Shown here: in pieces, positions 28,895 to 37,803 of the stretch | Position numbering within the stretch: the stretch's first letter is position 1 | Layout: each line of letters begins with the position of its first letter | Assembly (NCBI GenBank): GCA_947478395.1 | Contig: CANJVR010000008.1 | Location: 1-64,000, forward strand | Length of the DNA: 64,000 nucleotides | Direction of reading: 5' to 3' | From: Opitutia bacterium | GTDB taxonomy: Bacteria; Verrucomicrobiota; Verrucomicrobiia; Opitutales; Opitutaceae | Notes under the pieces: generated by a model | Seen by the model: the letters and a program-made list of their open reading frames with translations, nothing else | Databases searched by the model: none | What the model was told of the DNA's origin: nothing | Made by a program: the position numbers and the translations under genes

Positions 28895-29493
28895 GTCTGC
28901 GTCGCCAAGGCACCGCTGGCCAGGGCCCGGAGGAATCCGGGTCGGCGGCGATGAATGATCGGGAATTGATGCGGGGCGTCCAGTCGGGCGACGAGACGGC
29001 GCTGGGTGTTTTGATGGAACGGTGGGAATTGCCGATTAAACGCTTCATCGCGCGGATCGTGTTCAACGCGAGCGAGGCCGAGGAGCTGGCCCAGGAAACC
29101 TTCGTGCGCGTGTGGACGCAGCGCGAAAAATTTCGCCCGGAGGCCGAGTTTCGTCCGTGGATTTTTTCGATCGCGGTCAACCTCGCGCGAAACCGTCTGC
29201 GCTGGTGGCGGAGCCGACCGAACGTTTCGCTGGAGGACTGGTTTGAATCCAGTAGCGGGATCGATCGGTCCGGTGGTTCGGTAACACTGGAGCGGGCGGA
29301 GCGGGCGGTGGCGGTGCGCGATGCAGTGGCGGCGCTGTCACACGAACTCCGCGAGGCGCTGGTGCTGTTTCATTACGAGGAATTGTCCCAGGCTGAAATC
29401 GCCGTGGCGCTTGGGTGCTCCGTGAAAACCGTGGAAACGCGCGTGGCTCGCGCACGGGAAAAGCTGCGCATCAGTCTTAGGGCGCTGGAGTGA
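28891..29493 (+). CDS. ECF RNA polymerase sigma factor
   Basis: AEELAQETF, WIFSIAVNLARN and region 4 EIAVALGCSVKTVETRVARAR; alternative start at 28951. Confidence 0.93.
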   Translation: MSLRRQGTAGQGPEESGSAAMNDRELMRGVQSGDETALGVLMERWELPIKRFIARIVFNASEAEELAQETFVRVWTQREKFRPEAEFRPWIFSIAVNLARNRLRWWRSRPNVSLEDWFESSSGIDRSGGSVTLERAERAVAVRDAVAALSHELREALVLFHYEELSQAEIAVALGCSVKTVETRVARAREKLRISLRALE

Positions 29494-29526
29494 GATTCTT
29501 CGCTTTGGTAGAGATCGCGGGGCCGA

Positions 29527-31803
29527 TTAAAATCGGCCGGTAACCTCGGCGATCAACGTGCGCTGCGGGAAAGGGTGAAAGAGGAAATATTTTCGGTTGA
29601 GAACATTGTCCACGCCGAGGCTGGCCTTCCAGTGTGACGTTATCTTGTAGTTAACGTGGAGGTCGGCGACGGCCCACGCGGCGAAACCTTGATGGGTGTT
29701 CGCGTTGACGTCGGTGTTATCGAGCGTCGTCCAAAGCTTGTCGCTGTAGCGGCCGGCGACGGTGAAGACCCAGCGATCGTTTGGGCGATACGTCGCCACA
29801 ACGCTCGCGCGCCAATCGGGGATGTTGGGCAGCTTTTTCCCGATCGCGTCGCCAGGCGCGGCGGTGCCGCTGGCGCGGCCGGAGAGGGCAAGCGTCCTTG
29901 CGTCGAGGTACGTGACGCTGCCAGAGATCTCGAGGCGGCGAATAAACACGTCGCGCTCTACGAGCACGAGTTCGATGCCGCGCGCGCGGACGTGGTCGAC
30001 ATTGGAGGCGAAGCTGAAGAGCTGCGTGGAGCCGGGGAGGAGCGGGTTGAACTGCGCGATGATCGCGTCGTGGACGTCGTCCTGGAAAAACGACACGCGG
30101 GCGGATCCGTTCTCGAAGCGGCGTTCGATCTTCAATTCGGCGGCGAGCACGTTGTCGGGTTTCAAGTGCGGGTTGGGCGAGGTGAACGTGGTGCCCGTGG
30201 AGACGAGTTGATAAAGCTCCGAGGCGGTGGCGAAACGGTAGGCTTTGCCGACCAAGGCGGAGACGATCCACGCGGGGGCGGGCGTCCACGCGAGCGTGGC
30301 TTTGGGCGAATATTTTTTCGCGCCGACGGACGGTTGGTTTACGACGACGGCGCCGTTGACGTTGTAGCCGTCGTAGCTGCGCCATTCCTCGTAGCGGACG
30401 CCGGCGGTGGCTTTTAACTCGCGCGTGATTTGCCAGATGTCCTGCACGAAGAGCGCTTGCGTGCGGGTCTTGCCGTCGCCCTCGGTCGCGGTGGTCGTGG
30501 CGGGAGCATCCGCGAGCCAGTCGGTGGTGTTGACCGTCGGGTTGTAGAGTTTGTAGCGGTCGTCGTGCGCGCCGAAGCTCACGGTGTGATCGGGATTTTT
30601 CGGGACGGAGCGCCAGGTGCCTTTGACGTCGAGCGTGGACCAGCCGGTGCCGCCGAGGATGGCGTAGCGGCCCGCGGTGCCGAAGCCCGTGCCGGTGGCG
30701 GTCGCGGTGGTCGGCGTGCGCTGCTTGTCTTTGTCGAAGCGATAGAGCGCGGCGGCGGTTTCGAAATCCCAATTGCTCTTCGTGTCGGTGCGGAGCGAGA
30801 GACTGTGCGAGGAATGCTCCTGCAACAACCGGTAGTAGCCGCTGGCGAAACCGGCTTGTCCGGCGAAGGTCGGATGGCCGGCGGCATCGCGCAGGTAGGT
30901 GTCGACGGAGGCGTCGGCGTTGTTTTTCCAGTAACCGAAACTATAGGCGGCGCGGAGGATCGGCGTGAGATCGTAGGCGATTTTGAATTTCGCGTTGGTC
31001 ATGCGCGTGTGGAGCAGTCCGCTGGCGCCGAGGATGTTGGCGGCGGCGCCGAGTTTGTTTTGCGCGGCGTAAGCGCCGGTGGTGCCGGCGGGAAACGTGC
31101 CGCTCGTGACGTAGCTGAGCGGCTGGCTGTGGCTGTCCTGATAGTTGGCGCTGACCCAAAACGCGAATTTGCCGGCGCGGTTGCCGGCGGTCACGGCGGT
31201 CTGGAGCGTGCGATAGGTGTTTTCGGTGCCGTACAGTTTGAAGCTCTGCCATGCGGCCGTCTCGGTGAGGGCGGCCTCGAGTTTTTCGGGGAGGCGCGTG
31301 GTGATTTCCATCACGGCGCCGATGGAGTTGCCGGCGTAAGCGGCGGAAAACGGGCCATACATTAGGTCGATCCGCTCGATCTCGGCGGGAGCGACCAGGC
31401 CCCAGCGTGGGCCGCCGATGTTGTTATTATTGGCGATGAGCGCCGTGAGCGGCACGCCGTCGGCGAAGATGAGGCTGCGCGCGCTGGAGCTCACGCCCCA
31501 CACGCGGGTGGCCATCACGGCTTGCGTGTCGCCGTAGTTGCGTTTGCGCAGAAAAACGCTCGGCAGGTATTTGACGGCGTCTTCGGTGTCGACGGCGTTG
31601 ATGGTTTCCTCGATGCGCTGGGCGGTGACGCTGGCGGTCACGGGGAGAGTGAGGGGAAGAATCGGTGATGCGGCGCCGCGTCCGGCGTTGACGTCGACGC
31701 GGTCGAGTTTGACGGGAGTTTCGGGCTCCGCGGTTTTGGTCGCTTGCGCGTGGAGGGCGCCGGTAAGGAGGAACGAAAGGGTCAGAACGGGAAATGGTTT
31801 CAT
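29527..31803 (-). CDS. TonB-dependent receptor
   Basis: Signal peptide, plug IERIDLMYGPFSAAY, GVDNVLNRKY and terminal Phe. Confidence 0.93.
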   Translation of the reverse strand: MKPFPVLTLSFLLTGALHAQATKTAEPETPVKLDRVDVNAGRGAASPILPLTLPVTASVTAQRIEETINAVDTEDAVKYLPSVFLRKRNYGDTQAVMATRVWGVSSSARSLIFADGVPLTALIANNNNIGGPRWGLVAPAEIERIDLMYGPFSAAYAGNSIGAVMEITTRLPEKLEAALTETAAWQSFKLYGTENTYRTLQTAVTAGNRAGKFAFWVSANYQDSHSQPLSYVTSGTFPAGTTGAYAAQNKLGAAANILGASGLLHTRMTNAKFKIAYDLTPILRAAYSFGYWKNNADASVDTYLRDAAGHPTFAGQAGFASGYYRLLQEHSSHSLSLRTDTKSNWDFETAAALYRFDKDKQRTPTTATATGTGFGTAGRYAILGGTGWSTLDVKGTWRSVPKNPDHTVSFGAHDDRYKLYNPTVNTTDWLADAPATTTATEGDGKTRTQALFVQDIWQITRELKATAGVRYEEWRSYDGYNVNGAVVVNQPSVGAKKYSPKATLAWTPAPAWIVSALVGKAYRFATASELYQLVSTGTTFTSPNPHLKPDNVLAAELKIERRFENGSARVSFFQDDVHDAIIAQFNPLLPGSTQLFSFASNVDHVRARGIELVLVERDVFIRRLEISGSVTYLDARTLALSGRASGTAAPGDAIGKKLPNIPDWRASVVATYRPNDRWVFTVAGRYSDKLWTTLDNTDVNANTHQGFAAWAVADLHVNYKITSHWKASLGVDNVLNRKYFLFHPFPQRTLIAEVTGRF

Positions 31804-32003
31804 GGCGGTACGGACTACGTTGAACGGTGTTAGGTGAACCGGTGCGTCGGCGCGGTGCGCGGATCGCAGCGGTCGGACGACACTTCCCGGCGCGGCGCGC
31901 CATCATGCTGCGCTAAAGCTACGGATGACCGGCCCCTTTTAAGAGGAGCGCGGGGAGTGCGGACAGGATGAGCTTGTCGGGTCGGCGACCCGTGAGGCTC
32001 GGT

Positions 32004-32399
32004 TTAGGCCTGCGCGCGCGGGGGCGGCAGGGATGGCGGCGGCCGGTCGGCGCTCGTGAGCGCGGGGACGGCAGCGGTCAGGCCCACGCACGAAGGGGCG
32101 GGCGAAGCGAAGACGAGCGGGGCCGGTGCGCTCGCAAGAAAAATCTTAGTCGGCGCTTTGTTGCCAGGGGCCTTCGCCCCGGCGGCGTCTTGTTGCTGCT
32201 TGGCCGTGGAAACTACCGCACAAATTTCGCAGCGGCCCTCGACGGAAAAAGTTTTGTTCACCGCGGCCTCGAAACTCATCGACTGTGAGTAGCTCGCAAA
32301 CATGCGGCCCCACGCGAACGTCTGCAGCAAATCCCATTGCCCGCCGGAAGCGAGCAGCCACGCGAAGAGCGTGAAGATGAGGGGAAGTTGGCGGCGCAT
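32004..32399 (-). CDS. DUF2946-like small protein with CxxC and Pro-rich C-terminus (putative regulatory upstream ORF)
   Basis: Hydrophobic N-terminus, CEIC, C-terminal RPPPSLPPPRA; directly upstream of the TonB receptor. Confidence 0.65.
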   Translation of the reverse strand: MRRQLPLIFTLFAWLLASGGQWDLLQTFAWGRMFASYSQSMSFEAAVNKTFSVEGRCEICAVVSTAKQQQDAAGAKAPGNKAPTKIFLASAPAPLVFASPAPSCVGLTAAVPALTSADRPPPSLPPPRAQA

Positions 32400-32657
32400 A
32401 CGGCGGCGGGGAGGAAGCTATGGCGTCTAGCGGATGGCAAGTCGCCAGACCGCGTTAGAAGCGGAGCGTAACGGTTCGGTTGGAGCTTTAATGGGCACGA
32501 CCGGTGTGAGTCTTCAGGGAAAGGGCAGGGGCGCGAACGCTTCTTCCCTGCCCTTATGAGACCCGGAATGGATGCGCTGCTTGCGCTGGTGCAGCCCATG
32601 CCAACCGGAGGTGACGGGCACGCCGCCCCATCGATCAGCTCAGATCGTTTTCAGCGC

Positions 32658-34100
32658 TCAGCGCACGGTCCGGAGTTGCACGCTGTCGACGACGCGATCC
32701 TGCGAGACGATATCGGTCGCGACGATCAGCTTGTCGCCGACTTGGATGGTCCCGGCGCGTTTCAATACCGTGATCGCATTTTCGATCGTCGCGTCGGGGT
32801 CGGACGAAAACGGCATCAGAAACGGCTCGACCGCGCGCAGCAGGCGCAGCTGACGAAAAACCTCTGGGGCCGGGGTAAATGCAAGGATCGGCGAGTGCAC
32901 GGGACGGAGCGCCGCGAGGCCGTTGGCCATGAATCCGTGCCGCGTGAACGTCAGCAGTTTCGAGTGCGGCAGCTGGTTGGCGAGAACGACGGCGGAATGC
33001 AACACCTGCATCCGGTCACCGGTGAAGACCGACGGCGAGCGCAGTTCCTCCGGCTTCTCCTGCTCGATGCGGCGGGCGATCTTGTCGAGCATCTGCACGG
33101 CTTCGTACGGATATTTTCCGATCGTGGTCTCGCCGGAAAGCATCACGCAGTCCGATTGTTCATACACCGCGTTGGCTACGTCCGTGATTTCGGCGCGGGT
33201 CGGCACGGGCTGCGTGATCATCGATTCGAGCATATGGGTGGCGATGATGACGGCTCGGCCCTGCGAGATACAGGCGTTGACGATGCGGCGCTGGATTACC
33301 GGCAGTTCTTCAAAGGGGCATTCGATCCCGAGATCGCCGCGCGCGACCATGACGGCATCGGACACGCGCACGATTTCGTCCAAGTTGGCGATACCCGATT
33401 GGTCCTCGATTTTTGAGATGATGCGGACCTTTGATTTTTTATCGGCGAGAAACGCGCGCAGCAACTCGACGTCAGCTGCCTCCCGCACGAACGACAGCGC
33501 GATATAATCCAATCCTTCTTCCAGCCCTACCTCCGTGTCGCCCCGGTCTTTTTCCGTGAACGCAGGCAGATTCACCTTCACTCCCGGCAGGTTGATGTGG
33601 CGGCGGGACGAAAGAGCGCCGGGGACGAGCACGCGGCAGCGGATGCGCACGTCGTCCTTGCTGAGCACCTCGAGCCGGATCAACCCGCTGTCGACCAGCA
33701 CGGTGTCGCCGACCTTGATGTCGTTGACAAGGTCGCGGTAATTCACGTCGACCGAGCGGATTTCCTCGGCGTTCTCGCCGTCACCCGAGCCGGGTTTGAC
33801 GGTAAAATCGAAAATCTCACCGGGCTTTAATTCGATCGGCGCCTCAACATCGCCGGTGCGAATTTCCGGTCCTTTGATATCCATCATGATGGCGACATCG
33901 CGGCCGACCCGTGCGCTGACCGCCCGGATGCGGCGGATGACCTTGCGCGTCCATTCGTGCTTGGCGTGCGCCATGTTGAGGCGAATGACATCGGCGCCGC
34001 TGCGAATTAGCTTCTCGAGCATTTCTTCGCTTTCCGTGGCCGGACCGAGGGTGAAGATAATTTTGGTACGGCGGAAGACGTTGATCGGCGGTATTGTCAT
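32658..34100 (-). CDS. pyk: Pyruvate kinase
   Basis: RRTKIIFTLGPA, DIKGPEIRTG, MVARGDLG and VMLSGET. Confidence 0.97.
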   Translation of the reverse strand: MTIPPINVFRRTKIIFTLGPATESEEMLEKLIRSGADVIRLNMAHAKHEWTRKVIRRIRAVSARVGRDVAIMMDIKGPEIRTGDVEAPIELKPGEIFDFTVKPGSGDGENAEEIRSVDVNYRDLVNDIKVGDTVLVDSGLIRLEVLSKDDVRIRCRVLVPGALSSRRHINLPGVKVNLPAFTEKDRGDTEVGLEEGLDYIALSFVREAADVELLRAFLADKKSKVRIISKIEDQSGIANLDEIVRVSDAVMVARGDLGIECPFEELPVIQRRIVNACISQGRAVIIATHMLESMITQPVPTRAEITDVANAVYEQSDCVMLSGETTIGKYPYEAVQMLDKIARRIEQEKPEELRSPSVFTGDRMQVLHSAVVLANQLPHSKLLTFTRHGFMANGLAALRPVHSPILAFTPAPEVFRQLRLLRAVEPFLMPFSSDPDATIENAITVLKRAGTIQVGDKLIVATDIVSQDRVVDSVQLRTVR

Positions 34101-34212
34101 GGTCGGATTGGTTTTAATGCAGGTGCTGCGCCGCTGGCCAGCTGGGAGATGATTGAGCCGGTGATATTCGCGTCACGGGGACGAGTCTTTCTGGCCGCCC
34201 GTGGAAACGAGT

Positions 34213-35016
34213 TCACACGAGATCGTAAAATGGCGTGCCTTCGCCCGCGCCGACAACCGCGAATTCGCAGGCGCACAGGGCGGCGCGGACCTCGCTCAGC
34301 GCTGTTTCCACCGCGGCGCGCGAATTGCAGTCGCGCGAGAGATGCGTGAGGTAGATGCGGCGCCACCGTGGGCTCGCGACGCTCGCGAGCAGTTCGCGGG
34401 TGCCCTCATTCGAAAGATGGCCGTGGCGACCGCTGATGCGCTGCTTGGTCGACCAAGGGCGGCGGGTGTCGGCCTGGAGCAGCTGCGGACAGTGGTTGGC
34501 CTCGACCACGACGACGTCGCATTCCCGGATATGTTCGCGCACGTGTTGAGGAGCGTGGCCCAAGTCGGTCAGCCAGGCGAGGCTCCGGCGCGGGGCAAAA
34601 AGATCGCCTTCATGGCCGCTCGTGAATCGAAAGCCCACCGGATCGTGCGCGTCGTGCGGCACGGCGAAACTCTCCACCTCGAGATCGCGAAAACAAAACC
34701 GCGCGCCGGTCTCGAACACCTGCCAGTCGGGCTGGTACGATAGCCCGGCCTGGATCGCGCGGCGGGTGGCGCCGTTGGCAAACACGCGGATGTGTGGAAA
34801 TTTTTTCAACCCGTCGATCGCCGCTGCGTGATCGCCATGCTCGTGCGTGAGGAAAATCGCATCGATGCGCGCGAGCGATTCCCCCGCGAGCGTGAGGAGC
34901 TGGTCGAGCTTCCGCGCTGAAAATCCCGCATCGACCAGAACGCGCGCGCCCTCGGTGACGAGCAGGGCACTGTTGCCTGAGCTGCCGCTGCCGAGGATGG
35001 AAAAACGCATCGCCAT
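34213..35016 (-). CDS. MBL-fold metallo-hydrolase (YycJ/WalJ-like)
   Basis: LGSGSSGN, THEHGDH, VPHDA.DP, GHLSN and HLS..CN. Confidence 0.9.
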   Translation of the reverse strand: MAMRFSILGSGSSGNSALLVTEGARVLVDAGFSARKLDQLLTLAGESLARIDAIFLTHEHGDHAAAIDGLKKFPHIRVFANGATRRAIQAGLSYQPDWQVFETGARFCFRDLEVESFAVPHDAHDPVGFRFTSGHEGDLFAPRRSLAWLTDLGHAPQHVREHIRECDVVVVEANHCPQLLQADTRRPWSTKQRISGRHGHLSNEGTRELLASVASPRWRRIYLTHLSRDCNSRAAVETALSEVRAALCACEFAVVGAGEGTPFYDLV

Positions 35017-35211
35017 GAGATTGGCCGCAGCAAGCGCGCGCGCACCGCGGGCGACAAATCATTTTTGCGGCGGGCGTCCGCGTGCGCTCAAAGCGGGCAT
35101 AAATCACCGTCCGCCCCTGCGTCATCCCGCAGCGCACTGATCTCCACCGATTACGTCCGACTGAAGGGTCGCGTTGACCAAGGGGCGTTTTGTGCTACCT
35201 GATATTCCTCA

Positions 35212-35706
35212 ATGCCAAAAGCAGCCACTGTTTCCAAGTCAGCGAAGCGTTCCGCGCGCCCCAAGGTGCCGCGCGTGCTGCCGGGCGTGGTGTCGATCAC
35301 GCGCCAGGTCCATTTCAACTCCGCGCACCGCCTGCACAATTGGTCGAAAAGCCAGCAGTGGAATACCGACCACTACGGCCTCTGTACCAACCCCCACTGG
35401 CACGGTCATAATTACGTTCTGGAAGTCACCTTGCGCGGCCGGCCCGATCCCGAGACGGGTTACATCATGGATCTCGGCGCGCTTAAAAAAATCCTGCACC
35501 GGGCGGTCGTGGACAAGTGCGATCATCACAATCTGAACGATGAGGTGGATTTTCTTCGCGGAATCATTCCGTCAACGGAAAACTTGGTGATCGCGTTCTG
35601 GAACGAGATCGAGCCGCACATCAAGGCGGGCCGGCTGCACTGCGTGCGGCTGTACGAAACGCCGCGCAACTTCGCGGAATACCACGGCCCCGACGCGAAG
35701 GATTGA
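35212..35706 (+). CDS. 6-pyruvoyl-tetrahydropterin synthase family protein, C-X5-HGH (PTPS-II) type
   Basis: FNSAHRL, CTNPHWHGHNY, DHHNLN, STEN and LYET. Confidence 0.9.
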   Translation: MPKAATVSKSAKRSARPKVPRVLPGVVSITRQVHFNSAHRLHNWSKSQQWNTDHYGLCTNPHWHGHNYVLEVTLRGRPDPETGYIMDLGALKKILHRAVVDKCDHHNLNDEVDFLRGIIPSTENLVIAFWNEIEPHIKAGRLHCVRLYETPRNFAEYHGPDAKD

Positions 35707-35794
35707 GCGCGAAAATCCCGGCCTCTTTTAAATTTTCCTCGGTTGTTATCGTAACCCAACCGCGGCCACCAGCAAACCTTCCAAAAACGAAATC

Positions 35795-36766
35795 ATGAAA
35801 CAGATGTATCTCCACCGCTCAAGCAGCGGGCAGGCGCCGCTGATCAAGCGGGCGTATGACAAAAAATTTCGGGCCAGCCCGGCCTACCGCGCGGCGCTGC
35901 CGGATATGATGGAGGTGGCGCATGAAGCCATCCAGGGCGCGCAAGTGCCGATCCAGCAGGTTGGCATCCACAATTTCAAACTGCCGCTGAAGTACCGGAC
36001 GAAAGCCGGCAAAACGATGGTGCTGGAAACAAGCGTGACCGGCACGGTTTCCCTCGAGGCGGACTTAAAGGGCATCAACATGAGCCGGATCATGCGCTCA
36101 TTCTACGAGCACAAGGATGGCATCACGACCGGCGAGTGGATGGGGAAAATTCTCAAAAGCTATCTGCGCAACGTGGACAGCAAGGACGCGCGCCTGAAGA
36201 TCGTCTTTTCCTATCCGATGATTCGCGAGAGCCTGCGCAGCGGGCTCAAAGGCTATCAGTTCTATAACGTCGCCTTCGAAGGGGTCATGACCCGCGACGG
36301 AGTTTACCGGCGGTTTATCCATTTCGACTTCGTTTACTCGTCGGCGTGCCCCTGCTCAGCGGAACTCTCTGAACACGCGCGCGACCAGCGGGGCGCCTAC
36401 ACCGTGCCGCATTCCCAGCGCAGCAAGGCGCGCATCACGTTGGAGGAAGTTGCCGGAAAAAAAATCTGGATCGAGGACGTGCATGCATTGTGCCTGCGTG
36501 CGCTTCAGACCGAAACGCAGGTCATGGTGAAACGCGAAGACGAGCAGGCGTTCGCTGAACTCAACGGCGCGTACTTGAAGTTTGTGGAGGATGCGGCGCG
36601 GCTTTTGTACAAGGAGTTCGACGGCGAAAAACGGATCAAAGATTTCCGCATTGCGTGTTCCCATTTGGAGTCGTTGCACTCGCACGATGCCGTGAGCGTG
36701 ATCTGCAAAGGCGTGAAGGGCGGCTTCACCGCCGACTTCATGGATTTCGGGTTGTTGGTGTGCTGA
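35795..36766 (+). CDS. folE2: GTP cyclohydrolase IB
   Basis: KGINMSR, SACPCS, HSQRS, VKREDE, FVEDAAR and ESLHSHDA. Confidence 0.95.
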   Translation: MKQMYLHRSSSGQAPLIKRAYDKKFRASPAYRAALPDMMEVAHEAIQGAQVPIQQVGIHNFKLPLKYRTKAGKTMVLETSVTGTVSLEADLKGINMSRIMRSFYEHKDGITTGEWMGKILKSYLRNVDSKDARLKIVFSYPMIRESLRSGLKGYQFYNVAFEGVMTRDGVYRRFIHFDFVYSSACPCSAELSEHARDQRGAYTVPHSQRSKARITLEEVAGKKIWIEDVHALCLRALQTETQVMVKREDEQAFAELNGAYLKFVEDAARLLYKEFDGEKRIKDFRIACSHLESLHSHDAVSVICKGVKGGFTADFMDFGLLVC

Positions 36767-36993
36767 AAGGGCGTCCGCGAGGCAGGTCTGTCCTTCTGAG
36801 ATTTGGAACGGGCGCGCAGCCTTCGCTGGCGCGCCTCATGACTGCTTTTTTTGGGGCGCACCCCGTCCACCGCGATCAGCGGCCGGTCCGCGGGGATATC
36901 GGCAGCGCATGGCGGGTGCGCCGCAAAAGCAACGGACTGTGCCGCTGGCAGATTTTGCGTGCCTTCCCTCCGCTGCGCTGCCGCGATTGTGCG

Positions 36994-37701
36994 ATGAAAC
37001 CAGTCGTCCTTATTACCGGTGCTTCGCAAGGAATCGGCGCCGCCATCGCGCATGTCTTTGCCCGTGAAATTCGCGGAGTGAGCCTGGTCCTTGTGGCCCG
37101 GAACGCCAAGAATCTTGCGACGGTCGCGCGGCGCTGCTCGAAGCTCGGTGCGACCGCGGAGCTTTTCCCGTGTGACGTCAGCGATGAGAGTTCGGTCGCC
37201 GGGCTGGCGAGCGCGGTCGAAAAGCGTTTCGGCACGATCGACGTGCTGATCAACAACGCCGGCAAATTCGAAGGTGCACCATTAGGGGAAATGAGTGTCA
37301 CGCAGTTTGATCGTATGATCGCGGCAAATTTGCGCAGTGTGTTTCTCATGTCGCGGGCGTTTGTCCCGGCCATGGCGAAACGCGGCCGGGGCGATGTGTT
37401 CAATATGAGTTCGATCGCGGGGCTTGATGCTTATCCGGGAGGCGCCGGCTATTGTGCCGCGAAGTTTGGCGTTACGGGCCTGAGCAAAGTGATGCGCGCC
37501 GAATTGAAGACGAAGGGCGTGCGCGTGTGCTGTGTTTATCCGGGTGCAACATGGTCGCCCTCGTGGGAGGGCGCGGGCGTGCCCGCCACACGCATGATGC
37601 CCGCGGCGGACGTGGCGCGGGCGTTTCTCGATGTGTATCGTCTTGGTCGCAGTGCCGTGGTCGAGGAGATCATCCTCCGGCCTCAACTCGGCGACTTGTG
37701 A
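36994..37701 (+). CDS. SDR oxidoreductase, sepiapterin-reductase-like (Chlorobium type)
   Basis: TGASQGIG, NNAG, YCAAK and C-terminal VVEEIILRPQLGDL; start trimmed to the ATG at 36994. Confidence 0.8.
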   Translation: MKPVVLITGASQGIGAAIAHVFAREIRGVSLVLVARNAKNLATVARRCSKLGATAELFPCDVSDESSVAGLASAVEKRFGTIDVLINNAGKFEGAPLGEMSVTQFDRMIAANLRSVFLMSRAFVPAMAKRGRGDVFNMSSIAGLDAYPGGAGYCAAKFGVTGLSKVMRAELKTKGVRVCCVYPGATWSPSWEGAGVPATRMMPAADVARAFLDVYRLGRSAVVEEIILRPQLGDL

Positions 37702-37803
37702 GAAAGAGCGCGGCTGAAGCGCCGCGCTACGTCATCAGCCAACCCGCGTTCGTCCGCGTACACTTGGGGCAACGAACCGATGCCTCCGCGCCGCGAGCGG
37801 GCT

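Noticed and set aside
35212..35706. Calling the PTPS gene queD
   Set aside because: The motif is C-X5-HGH rather than C-X3-HGH, and no queC, queE or queF is adjacent
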